25,558 bases of DNA. Origin: a virus (Duplodnaviria > Caudoviricetes). Both the position numbers and the translations under genes were made by a program. This document shows positions 1 to 9,341 of the stretch, piece after piece. Below the pieces are notes generated by a model, which was not told the origin of the DNA, ran no database searches, and saw only the letters and a list, made by a program, of their open reading frames with translations. The DNA lies in the IMG/VR virus record IMGVR_UViG_3300042334_000269, positions 1-25,558 of that record. One strand, given 5' to 3'. Within the stretch, counting starts at the first letter, position 1; every line of letters begins with the position of its first letter.

Positions 1-233
1 ATAGCCTGAGTAACAAACCAAACAACAGCAGCAAGAATGCCACCACTAATAACACTAGTCGCAATAACGGTCTGCATACGCTTACCCTCAGCAACCCCAT
101 CCCACTTAGCATTATCCATCTCAAGCGTAGTAACACGACCATTAGTACGCTTAACCTCCTCATGAATCTGAGAAATAAGACTCTCCATATGCTCAAGTTT
201 AATCATAATAACTTGTACACTATCTTCACTCAC
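1..233 (-). CDS. Holin-like / XhlA-like membrane protein (partial, runs off window; not in ORF track)
   Basis: Hand translation from GTG at 233, with a GGGGGGTG SD-like motif upstream: MSEDSVQVIMIKLEHMESLISQIHEEVKRTNGRVTTLEMDNAKWDGVAEGKRMQTVIATSVISGGILAAVVWFVTQA... A coiled coil followed by a C-terminal hydrophobic helix, located after the virion genes. Confidence 0.6.
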   Translation of the reverse strand, partial: MSEDSVQVIMIKLEHMESLISQIHEEVKRTNGRVTTLEMDNAKWDGVAEGKRMQTVIATSVISGGILAAVVWFVTQA

Positions 234-235
234 AT

Positions 236-3200
236 CTAATCACCCCCCGGTAAAGTAACATAACCATTAAGAACACTCTCTACCAGATTAGCAGGAGTAG
301 ATGCGGGAATCTCAGGAAACTCTGCAGCCAACTGCTGCTGAGCACGAGCAACCAACTCGGGATTACTAGCCTGATGAGCAGGCGTATACATATTCATAAT
401 AAAATCACGCTTACGCTTCCACCTCTGCAAACTATTAATAGTAGCAAAGATACCACGATACTCTGGCGAATTCTTACTAGGCACACTAAGCCCAGCCTCC
501 TTAAAATCATTACGAATAATCTTATCCAACCCAGCAGGGTCAAGACTATACGCCCTAGTAGGAGAGAACAAGTTCCACGCGCCAGCCCGAGAATCAGTCT
601 CAAACTTAGTGCTCAACTTGTCAGCAGGGATACTCAACTTAGAGTTAGGATCCTCAGGATCAACAAACACATCCTCCGCATTCTCCATACCACGCATACC
701 ATTCAACTGTGACTCATTCTTAAACAAGTTAACAACAGCACCAATCACGGGGAAGCCTTGGAAACCATCAACAACCATACCACCAAAGCCCTTATCCTCA
801 ACAGGAGCACCAGTCAATAGACTAGTACCCGTAACCTGCTCAATAGCAGTACGCGCATACGGATTAAGAAAATCAACAGCACTACTAGTACCATACTTTT
901 TACCAAAAGCAAAGTTAGAACCAGCAGCAACGCTCTGTCCAAACGTACCGAACGGCATGACACCACCAACACTCACACGATTATCATTAAGAGGATTCAA
1001 GTCTAGAATATTCTCTAAGAATTGTGGCATAGGCAGAGAATCAAGCAACCACTCGGGTAGTCCACCAGTTTCGAACGTCTTATCATAACCATAATTACCA
1101 ATCCATGCTAACGCATTGGTGGTAAGCGGACGCTCCTGTACCATACGCTTAGTGAACAAAGCAGAGTGCCTAGTCCAAGCATAGAAAGGCATAAGAGCAT
1201 TACGAAGCGTACGCTCTAAGTCTGTGAAGTCACGATAATTACCAGCCACCATATCCGTACCATGCCTCACCTCGCGAAGAAACATAGGATCATAGTACGG
1301 CGACTCGGGATCAGCAAGCAACTTAAATGCTGCAGCAAACGGCGAGTTAGTAGTAAACATCGACGGAGCCATAGTATCAAACGATACCTTACCATCCGCA
1401 TAATCCCTAACCGTCTTAGTACGAGCAAACGCTTGAAACCCCGGATACTGCATAGCCATTTTACGACCAATAGCAACACGAAGGTTACGCTCCCAAGCAA
1501 ACGCAATAAGATAACCACTATTAAGACCATAACGTAGCACCTTAGAAGGCATCTTAGCATTAGCAGTACTAAGCATATCCTGCTGATACACATTCTCAGT
1601 AACATCCCTAGGCATATACTGTTCCATCACCATGAAATCAGTATTATGATTCAAGAATTCTGCCGACTCATTCTTAGTAAACTTACTAATCTTATTATGA
1701 GACTGACGAACACTATACTCTAACACCTTACTCATAATAGCAGGAGCCTTATCAGGATAAGCCATCATAAGCATAACAGCACTACCAATAACCTGCTGTG
1801 GTACGAACCTAGGATTAAGACTCAACGTAAGAACCTTAAACATATCAGTACTCATGTTAAAGATCTTAGACGCTAACTTCTCACTACGCTTATACGACTT
1901 ACCAACATTCTCAGCAAAATACTTAGGCACAACAACGATAGCCTGACTAGGATTCTCTGTCCGTAACTTCTCAATCGAATCAAAATAATTATTAGCCACC
2001 TCAGTATCCCAATTAAGGACACGACGAAGCCGCATCTCCTTAAGAGTAGCAGCAGTGACATCAAAATAATTAAGATTAACAAGGTACGCCTTAGTACCAT
2101 CCGGCTGAGTAACAGTCTCAATACTATTCTCAGGACGATTAGAAGCAAGTAACTTAGCCTCCGCCTCCTTACGAGTATTATACACGCGAGCAGTACGCAC
2201 AGCCACATGCTGCTGAGGATCAAAATCATTAATAGCAATGATCTCTGACTGAGAATCAATCAGCGTCTGAATGTCACCATCAAACCTACGACGCACAGCC
2301 GCAGCGTGAGCAGCAACCTGCTCCTGATAACGGAAACTAAGCAGACCACTAGCAACAGTAGAGTTAAAGTTCTTACGCTCAGCAAACGTTTCACGCTTAC
2401 CAAGAGACTCACTACTAACCTTATCAGTAAAGTCGCGAGCATTAGGATACAATGCTTCCATCTCATTCAACACTAACTCGTTAAGTCGCTCCTGAGCAGG
2501 AGTATAACCATCCGAGTTCTCCTTCTTATTATCCCAATACTGGATACGGCCCTTACGCTTACCCTTCTCAGCAACAAGGAAGAACTCCTTAGGTAATAAT
2601 AATTCTCGCTTATCAAGAAGAGACTCGCGAGTAACGATACCAGTATCAGGAGCAAAATCACCATTTACAGTTACGCGACGAACAATAACAAAGTCACGAT
2701 TACCAATAAGATTAGGGACTTCTTCTACCACCGTCAACGCGGGGACACTACCAGACGTACGATTAGTAAGATCCGAACGCAAGTAGTCTAGACTAGACTC
2801 TACTTCCTTAGCGATAGCCTCAATGTCTGCAGCGTCAGCGCCCTCAGTGTCTCGTAACGAAACATTATTCTCATCAGGCAAATCACGCACATCCATACGC
2901 TGAATCTCATACAAGTGATACACCGAATTCATACGAATAATCTTAGACACGCGCTTACCTAACTCGGCAAACACATTATCCGGCATAAGATCAGCCGCCT
3001 CCATAGCGATCTGATAACGCAACTGCATAGCCCGAGTAGCACGAGAATCATCCCACGAATTATTAATAAGATGACTCGTCTTCTCACGCAACAAGATCAT
3101 ACGCTCAGCCGCCGCTAATAATTGTGTACCACGCTGCGAACGAGGACCAGTACCAGTAGCAAACATCTCATTCATAGCGATCTCATGCTCACGAAGGAAC

Positions 3201-5788
3201 GAAGGATCATCAAACAACTTATAATCCTCTTCAACCATACCAATGATCGCGTCCTCTTCAGGATTAAGACCAGCAGCACGAGCACGCTCCGCTCGTTTGA
3301 AAGCAATCGTACGAAGATTAGTAGGCGAGTACATCTCACCACTAGCCACATTCATAACAGCCATCATCTCAGCATCATTCAACTCTAAATTATTAAAGTC
3401 TTCTTGGAACATACGATTATAAATAAGTTCTCTAGCGTGAAGATCCAACACAGCCGGATCACCCTCACGCAATGCGCGAGTAAACCTAAAGTTATAACCA
3501 CCCGGAAGATTAGCCAAGATTTGTGGGAGTTTACCCGGAGTCTTAGCAACCTGACGCTGCGTATAGAAGAACGCCTTCTGAGTACCACGACTAAGCGGAT
3601 TACCAGAGAACCTAATACGCGCAGCACGAGGACTCTCAGGTACCGTCTGACGAATAGCCGTAACAGTAGCCGGATCCAACGCAGTCTTACGCTCAGGGGC
3701 ACCCTCCTGCTGAGTAATGATACGATACCTAGGCTCAAAGAAACTAGCAGCACGATCCATAATAGTAGGAACATACGCACTATTCATACCTAACCCACTA
3801 TCAGGCAAGAATAAGCCTAACTCCATAGCGGCCCTCTCGTCGCCCTGTGCTGCTTGCCGCGCCTTAGCAGCAAACTCTCTAGCATTAAGGGTCAGAGGCT
3901 CGTCAGCGAACGCGCTAGGGGGCTTAAGATCGCTTGTAGCACGCAGGTTGCTAGGCGTATTCAACCAATCATCTAGATGAGCATTATACGCACCCATATC
4001 AATCGGTCCCGGCCCAGTAGCAAACGACTTAGCCTTATTAGCAGCACTAATACGCGCCACCTGAGCAGCCTTAGCACCAGTACCAGCAAAACTAAGGACA
4101 CTAAGTACATCCATAATAGGAAGCAACGGATCCTCATAAGCAGAATCCTTAAAGCCTTGCAACGAACCATACCGATCCTTATAATCATTAGCAACAGCCT
4201 TAGCAGTGTCAGTAGGATCAATGACACCATAATAAATACCCTGAGGCATACTAACAGTAGAACGAATAACACTCTTAAGAGCATTAGCGCCCATATCCGT
4301 AAGACTAAACCCATCCTTAAGAGGAGTAGAAGACAAAGGCCCAGAAGTAATAGTCTCATTCGTAGCATCAGCCGTCAAACCACCAAGCAAACCAGTACCA
4401 ACAAACACGGGACCAATACCCGGAATACTACCAACACCCTTAGTGATAGGCGACCCAACATAATCAGTCAACGCCTGATCACGAACCTTATCAGCAGCCT
4501 CAACCTGATCCGGCAACTGATTAGCCTCACCCAACTCTGCCTCAAACGCCATAGCGCGAGCATACAAGAAAGGATGAACAGGCTGACCACTCTTCAACGC
4601 ACCAAGCACACCACTATACACAGCCTGCTTCTGAGACATACTAAGATTTTTATACACACCCTTAGCCACATCATCATAGAACACACCATTCAAAGCCTCA
4701 CTACTAATAAGACCACCAGTACCAGACACCGTCATAGCCAGAGCATTATTAAGCCACGAAGTCTGTGGAATAACCATACCCTTCTTAGGATCCGTATTAA
4801 AGTATAATAGATTAGCCGCATCAATATCCTTCTGACGCTCCTTCTCAAAATCTGCCTGCTCCTTAACACGCTCCTCATACAAGTACTGCCGCTGATCATT
4901 ATCAGACGCAGCACGAGACTGATCAGCAACAGCCTCAGCACCAGCCCCACCCATAAAAGTCTCATCAAGCCAACGCAACTGAGCCTTACCATACAAGCCG
5001 CGAGGCGAATACATATACTGACTAAGAGCCTTCAGATTCTCCTCAGTCGCACCATTCTCCTGAATACTCTTAAGAACAGCACCACCACCATTACTATTAA
5101 TCTCCTTAATGATCTTACCACTAAGAGTATTATAAGTATCCTCATCCTTAACATAATCCGCAGCCATCTTAGTATAATCATACTCGTCAATACCAAGCAC
5201 ACTCTTCTTAGGAGCATCCTCTAATAATGCGGCAGGCGCACCCGGATTAATATACCGCACACCAGCAGCATAACTCTCCTTACTACCAGCAGCCTTCTCC
5301 ATAAACGTATCAGACACACCAAGATTAGTACGAGCACGAACAAACTGTCCCGTAGGCTTCTGCTTATAATTATCTCGCAAGAACTGGTCAAGCGCATCAA
5401 CACCCACACCAACAGTAGGGACACGATAACCACCATCACCCGGCTTACCATAAGCAAGGATACCCTGCTGAATCATAGCGGGAATCTCAGTAGGCTTAAA
5501 GTTAAAACCAGCACCCTTAGTATCATAGAACTTGCTAACCGCAGCAAACCTAGTCTGACTAAGCATAGTGTCCACGCCGTCCATCACACTAAACGAGCGA
5601 GGACGATTCCACTCGGGGATACTAAGAACACTAGGACGAGGCGCAGGAGCGGGACGATTACTAGTACCACGATTACGCTGCTTAGGATTCTGCTTAATAC
5701 GATCCTTCGGGGCAGGCCGAGTCAAGACACCCGTACCAGCAGGCGTAGCATTACTTGTATTTAAATTACCCGAATCACCAAAAGCCAT
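236..5788 (-). CDS. Large internal virion / DNA-ejection protein (1850 aa)
   Basis: AGGAG SD and ATG. Largest and last of three genes after the tail fibres, the position of P22 gp16 / T7 gp16. C-terminal motifs (LSLNPRF..., NYRDFTDLER...MPFYAWTR, LPEWL...PFG...LNPY...EQVTG...G.P) resemble large phage polyvalent/ejection proteins (LPD38-like, by recall). Gly-rich hydrophobic stretches in the N-terminal third. Confidence 0.7.
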   Translation of the reverse strand: MAFGDSGNLNTSNATPAGTGVLTRPAPKDRIKQNPKQRNRGTSNRPAPAPRPSVLSIPEWNRPRSFSVMDGVDTMLSQTRFAAVSKFYDTKGAGFNFKPTEIPAMIQQGILAYGKPGDGGYRVPTVGVGVDALDQFLRDNYKQKPTGQFVRARTNLGVSDTFMEKAAGSKESYAAGVRYINPGAPAALLEDAPKKSVLGIDEYDYTKMAADYVKDEDTYNTLSGKIIKEINSNGGGAVLKSIQENGATEENLKALSQYMYSPRGLYGKAQLRWLDETFMGGAGAEAVADQSRAASDNDQRQYLYEERVKEQADFEKERQKDIDAANLLYFNTDPKKGMVIPQTSWLNNALAMTVSGTGGLISSEALNGVFYDDVAKGVYKNLSMSQKQAVYSGVLGALKSGQPVHPFLYARAMAFEAELGEANQLPDQVEAADKVRDQALTDYVGSPITKGVGSIPGIGPVFVGTGLLGGLTADATNETITSGPLSSTPLKDGFSLTDMGANALKSVIRSTVSMPQGIYYGVIDPTDTAKAVANDYKDRYGSLQGFKDSAYEDPLLPIMDVLSVLSFAGTGAKAAQVARISAANKAKSFATGPGPIDMGAYNAHLDDWLNTPSNLRATSDLKPPSAFADEPLTLNAREFAAKARQAAQGDERAAMELGLFLPDSGLGMNSAYVPTIMDRAASFFEPRYRIITQQEGAPERKTALDPATVTAIRQTVPESPRAARIRFSGNPLSRGTQKAFFYTQRQVAKTPGKLPQILANLPGGYNFRFTRALREGDPAVLDLHARELIYNRMFQEDFNNLELNDAEMMAVMNVASGEMYSPTNLRTIAFKRAERARAAGLNPEEDAIIGMVEEDYKLFDDPSFLREHEIAMNEMFATGTGPRSQRGTQLLAAAERMILLREKTSHLINNSWDDSRATRAMQLRYQIAMEAADLMPDNVFAELGKRVSKIIRMNSVYHLYEIQRMDVRDLPDENNVSLRDTEGADAADIEAIAKEVESSLDYLRSDLTNRTSGSVPALTVVEEVPNLIGNRDFVIVRRVTVNGDFAPDTGIVTRESLLDKRELLLPKEFFLVAEKGKRKGRIQYWDNKKENSDGYTPAQERLNELVLNEMEALYPNARDFTDKVSSESLGKRETFAERKNFNSTVASGLLSFRYQEQVAAHAAAVRRRFDGDIQTLIDSQSEIIAINDFDPQQHVAVRTARVYNTRKEAEAKLLASNRPENSIETVTQPDGTKAYLVNLNYFDVTAATLKEMRLRRVLNWDTEVANNYFDSIEKLRTENPSQAIVVVPKYFAENVGKSYKRSEKLASKIFNMSTDMFKVLTLSLNPRFVPQQVIGSAVMLMMAYPDKAPAIMSKVLEYSVRQSHNKISKFTKNESAEFLNHNTDFMVMEQYMPRDVTENVYQQDMLSTANAKMPSKVLRYGLNSGYLIAFAWERNLRVAIGRKMAMQYPGFQAFARTKTVRDYADGKVSFDTMAPSMFTTNSPFAAAFKLLADPESPYYDPMFLREVRHGTDMVAGNYRDFTDLERTLRNALMPFYAWTRHSALFTKRMVQERPLTTNALAWIGNYGYDKTFETGGLPEWLLDSLPMPQFLENILDLNPLNDNRVSVGGVMPFGTFGQSVAAGSNFAFGKKYGTSSAVDFLNPYARTAIEQVTGTSLLTGAPVEDKGFGGMVVDGFQGFPVIGAVVNLFKNESQLNGMRGMENAEDVFVDPEDPNSKLSIPADKLSTKFETDSRAGAWNLFSPTRAYSLDPAGLDKIIRNDFKEAGLSVPSKNSPEYRGIFATINSLQRWKRKRDFIMNMYTPAHQASNPELVARAQQQLAAEFPEIPASTPANLVESVLNGYVTLPGGD

Positions 5789-5797
5789 TAAAACTCC

Positions 5798-6244
5798 TTA
5801 AAGAATAGGTCGCGTACTAGTAGGCGTTGTAGTATCAGCAGCGGCTAGAATACCAGACCTCACAGCCGTAGCACCCTTAGCCTCCTTACTCATCAACGCC
5901 TCCTTATACTTCTTCTGCTTCCGCAAATTAATTAGATTACGCATACCACGATCCTCAGCCTTAATAGGATTAACAATACCACGTTCAAGCATGCCCGTAT
6001 ACTGTCCAGTCACAGGAGACTGATAACCGGAAGCAGCACTAGTATCAACAAATTGTCCACCAATAGCCGCAGACTGACCAAGTCCCTGCACATTCTGACC
6101 CAACTGAGTAGCCCTAGCCACGGCCTGAGCAGCCAACGCAGCAGTATTAGCATCCATAGCCTGACTCTTAGCCAACTCAGTAGCCTTCTCATAATTAAAC
6201 CTATTGTAAGTAGCCTTACTAGGCTTCTTGTTAGGTACTGCCAT
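5798..6244 (-). CDS. Probable small internal virion/ejection protein (148 aa)
   Basis: AGAGG SD, Ala/Gln/Gly-rich helical composition, syntenic with the podoviral ejection triad. Function is inferred from position only. Confidence 0.55.
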   Translation of the reverse strand: MAVPNKKPSKATYNRFNYEKATELAKSQAMDANTAALAAQAVARATQLGQNVQGLGQSAAIGGQFVDTSAASGYQSPVTGQYTGMLERGIVNPIKAEDRGMRNLINLRKQKKYKEALMSKEAKGATAVRSGILAAADTTTPTSTRPIL

Positions 6245-6249
6245 AATAT

Positions 6250-6915
6250 TTACCTCTTCTTTCTTGGAGCGGGGGGAGGAGTAGGCTTACCAGTGGGAGC
6301 ATAAGGCTTAGGCTTACCAGCCGCAACAGCCTTAGCATTAGCCGCAGCACGAGCACTACCCCTCTTCTTAGCCGCCTCCTGTTTAGCCTTAGCAGCAGCC
6401 GCAGCCTTCTGCTTAGGAGTCTGAGCAACCTTACCACGAGTAGTCTCAAGCGCAGCCTCCGACTCAACCACATCCATACCAGCCGCAGCCTGACCCGCAT
6501 TAGCCTCAGCAACCTTAGCCTGAGCCTCCTGAACAGCAGCCTGAGTAGCAAGATCACCAGTATCACCAATAACTAACTTACTCTGCTTAGCAAGACCAGA
6601 CGAGCCACCAACACCACGCTCAGTAAGGGCCTGAGCAGCCTCACCAACACTAGCAGTCTGCTCCTTCTGAATAGTAGGAAGCGCACCCTCACCAAAACCA
6701 GTTGTCATAGTAGTACCCTCACCCAATCCGGCACCACCAAGAAGTTCACCAGCACGCTTAGGAGTAATAACATTACCAGACTGGGACGTTAAGTCTGCCC
6801 CCAAGCCTAGCATTGCAGCCTCACGAGCATTCGCTGCTTGTGATAAAGAAATATTAAACGCTGTCTTTGCTTTACCGTATGTTTCTGTTGCTGTTAGAAT
6901 ATCAGTCTTAGCCAT
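6250..6915 (-). CDS. Probable internal virion/ejection protein (221 aa) with Lys/Ala/Pro-rich basic tail
   Basis: Ala/Gly-rich body and C-terminus ...AAAAAKAKQEAAKKRG...KPTPPPAPRKKR. First gene after the fibre cluster. Confidence 0.55.
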   Translation of the reverse strand: MAKTDILTATETYGKAKTAFNISLSQAANAREAAMLGLGADLTSQSGNVITPKRAGELLGGAGLGEGTTMTTGFGEGALPTIQKEQTASVGEAAQALTERGVGGSSGLAKQSKLVIGDTGDLATQAAVQEAQAKVAEANAGQAAAGMDVVESEAALETTRGKVAQTPKQKAAAAAKAKQEAAKKRGSARAAANAKAVAAGKPKPYAPTGKPTPPPAPRKKR

Positions 6916-6917
6916 AA

Positions 6918-8024
6918 TCAGTTCTTAATAATATAGTTGAAAACAATGGTAGGCTGCAGGCTACTATGAGCCGCGCCATTAGCCTCAGTAGTAGCACCCA
7001 CATAAGCAGCAATACGACCACCACCAACACTATCACTAATCTGAATCTGTCTACCAGTACCAAAACCACTAGAAGCGGACAAACCAGAAAAACCAGTAGC
7101 AACACTAGGAGACTCAGCGACACCGCCGCCCTGCGACTCCCACGAAAGATTATGATAATGATTACGAATAGCAGTCTGGGCGGGAGTAAGAATATGAGTC
7201 TCATTACCACCAACAGTACCCGGAGTATTAGCCAAACTTAAAATACCCAGATCAGTACCGCCCATATTATCAATACCAGCAATAACCCGGCCCCGCAAAT
7301 CAGGAATAGTAGAAAAACTAGCAGCATTCAAGATAGTCTGCAAAGCAGTAGAAGCGCTAGCAGCCCCATAAGACTGACCATAACACATAATCCAACCGCT
7401 AGGCACATAAGCACTAGTACCAGCAAAAGGCATAATACTACCAGTAGGCACTAACAACGCTTGTAATGCTGCCGCAAGATCCTCAAAAAGAATAGTATTA
7501 TTAAGGATCTTATCAGAAGTAACAGCACTTGGAACAATAGTAGCATTACCAGTAGTACCAGTAAGATCACCACCAACAACAAAACTAGTACCAGCAGTCA
7601 CAGCCGCCGCCGCATCATTAACATACTTAACACTAGCGATACGCAAATCATTACCTGCAACAGGATACGCTCCCGTAGCAGTACCAACCGTAGGCTGTCC
7701 CGCAAGAGCAACACCACTCATAATCTTTCCAGAAGTAACAGCACTAGGAGCAATCTTAGTTTCCGTCACAGCACTAGTATCAATCTTATCAACAGTAACA
7801 GAACCATTCACTAGGCTAGCAGAATTAACAAACGCATTAGCATAAGTAGTACCATCCCAACGTAGTACCTGACCCGTCGTTGCAGTATCAGCAGCACCAG
7901 CATACAGACCACTACTAATACTATTTAATTGATCCTCAATACTCTTAATAAGAGCATTAATACTATCGTGTCCCGCAGGATCACTACCATTTAATGTTGT
8001 AAAACTAAATAATGGCGTTGCCAT
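6918..8024 (-). CDS. Tail fibre protein with phage tail-collar domain (368 aa)
   Basis: Collar signature VPTGSIMPFAG...PSGWIMCYGQ...PDLRGRVIAG, 10-aa shaft repeats (GSVTVDKIDT/SAVTETKIAP/SAVTSGKI), an HxH motif (NHYHN) and the C-terminal QPTIVFNYIIK motif. TAATG coupling to the upstream gene. Confidence 0.85.
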   Translation of the reverse strand: MATPLFSFTTLNGSDPAGHDSINALIKSIEDQLNSISSGLYAGAADTATTGQVLRWDGTTYANAFVNSASLVNGSVTVDKIDTSAVTETKIAPSAVTSGKIMSGVALAGQPTVGTATGAYPVAGNDLRIASVKYVNDAAAAVTAGTSFVVGGDLTGTTGNATIVPSAVTSDKILNNTILFEDLAAALQALLVPTGSIMPFAGTSAYVPSGWIMCYGQSYGAASASTALQTILNAASFSTIPDLRGRVIAGIDNMGGTDLGILSLANTPGTVGGNETHILTPAQTAIRNHYHNLSWESQGGGVAESPSVATGFSGLSASSGFGTGRQIQISDSVGGGRIAAYVGATTEANGAAHSSLQPTIVFNYIIKN

Positions 8025-8275
8025 TAAACACCTCCTTCTGGTTTAGTAGGAATAATCACATCAAAAGGATTATCTACATTAGTCATATCTCGTAAAGCCT
8101 GACGATACTCTAGCCACATATCCTTATTAGAAAGCGCAACATCAGATAAAACAATCCAATCAGTTTCTAATAATAACATATTACGCGCTTCTCTTACGCG
8201 CTCCCATAGAGTTTCATCAGAAGCAGTACCCATAATTTCGTCTGGTAATAAGTTTCTATTAAGCCAAGTATCCAT
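8024..8275 (-). CDS. Tail fibre assembly chaperone (Phage_tail_APC-like, 83 aa)
   Basis: Signature VREARNMLLLETDW...W.EYRQALRDMT...P.KP. Lies between fibre genes with TAATG coupling on both sides. Confidence 0.85.
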   Translation of the reverse strand: MDTWLNRNLLPDEIMGTASDETLWERVREARNMLLLETDWIVLSDVALSNKDMWLEYRQALRDMTNVDNPFDVIIPTKPEGGV

Positions 8276-9330
8276 TAGTAACGAATCACTACTCCTCCAA
8301 TACCACCATAAGATATAGTTACGGTTGTCATTCCGGGCGGACCTACTCCCGTAAGAATACCAGTATTAGAACCGTCTCTTGGCATATCAGGATCATCATA
8401 GTTTGCGGGGATACGCCCTGTTCCTGAAAGTAGTTGTGGATTGATTACACTAGCGTGTGCAAAGCCAGAGCCGCCACCGCCACCACCCATTGTGTTAGCC
8501 TCAGAGTATCCCCCTCCTCCGCCTCCAAAGTAACCGCCGCCACCTCCGCCACCATAAGAGTTGTATCGGGCAAAACCGCCATAAAGAGCACCACCAGTAG
8601 CGTCCTGATTAGCCGCATCAGAAGAAGGATTAGTACCCCCACTTGTTTGCGTTCCAACCCTACCACCGTAAGCCCACTTTTGATCGTACATAGAATGTCC
8701 TATTTCCCCAGTAATGCCGCCACCAGCCCCACCAGAAACACCCTCGCCATAAGTAGCGCGTGTAGAGCCTCCGCCACCTCCACCACCCGCCATAAGCAAA
8801 GCCGTTCCTTGTGCAGGAGTCCCCCTAAAAATACCACTAAACCCACCACCGCCGCCACCATACCTATTATCACTACCATTTTGGGACGCAGCAGCACCAC
8901 CACCAAAACCGCGCGTACCAGCAGGCTGACCCGATGAGCCTGCTTGATAACCATGCTGACCAGCCATAATAGTAAGCGTTTCACCGGGAGTTACAGGAAT
9001 TAATCCACCACCATAACCACCGCCACCACCGGGGCCACCATAAGTCCAACCACCAGCCTGACCCGGGCCGCCGGGAGCGCCCCAAACCTTACCATAAATA
9101 ATATAAACACCAGCAGGAACAACAAAAGGCTGATTAGTAGCACCAATCCAAACAAATTGTACACGATTAGGCTTATCTTCCCAACCAGCCACGCCAAGAG
9201 TCTTCCAATCCAATCCTGTCCATACTTTTACACGATCAGTATTAGTTTCATAAATAATTTGTCCTTCAATTGGTGTACTAGGACGAGTTGTGCTAGTTAC
9301 TATTTCGTGACCACTACCAAATAATGGCAT
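8275..9330 (-). CDS. Glycine-rich putative adhesin / fibre tip protein (351 aa)
   Basis: N-terminal fibre module (RPSTPIEGQIIYETNTDRVKVWTG), then FVVPAGVY...VWGAPGG, VTPGETLTIMAG and many GGGGG runs typical of polyglycine-II (Gly_rich) domains. GGAGG SD. Confidence 0.75.
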   Translation of the reverse strand: MPLFGSGHEIVTSTTRPSTPIEGQIIYETNTDRVKVWTGLDWKTLGVAGWEDKPNRVQFVWIGATNQPFVVPAGVYIIYGKVWGAPGGPGQAGGWTYGGPGGGGGYGGGLIPVTPGETLTIMAGQHGYQAGSSGQPAGTRGFGGGAAASQNGSDNRYGGGGGGFSGIFRGTPAQGTALLMAGGGGGGGSTRATYGEGVSGGAGGGITGEIGHSMYDQKWAYGGRVGTQTSGGTNPSSDAANQDATGGALYGGFARYNSYGGGGGGGYFGGGGGGYSEANTMGGGGGGSGFAHASVINPQLLSGTGRIPANYDDPDMPRDGSNTGILTGVGPPGMTTVTISYGGIGGVVIRY

Positions 9331-9341
9331 ACAACACCTCC

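Noticed and set aside
2273-2287. RFDGD in the 1850-aa protein, resembling the NADFDGD/DxDGD motif of two-barrel RNA polymerases (a virion RNAP would suit hairpin promoters)
   Set aside because: The first catalytic Asp is Arg (RRRFDGD), the context looks helical, and no other RNAP motifs were seen.
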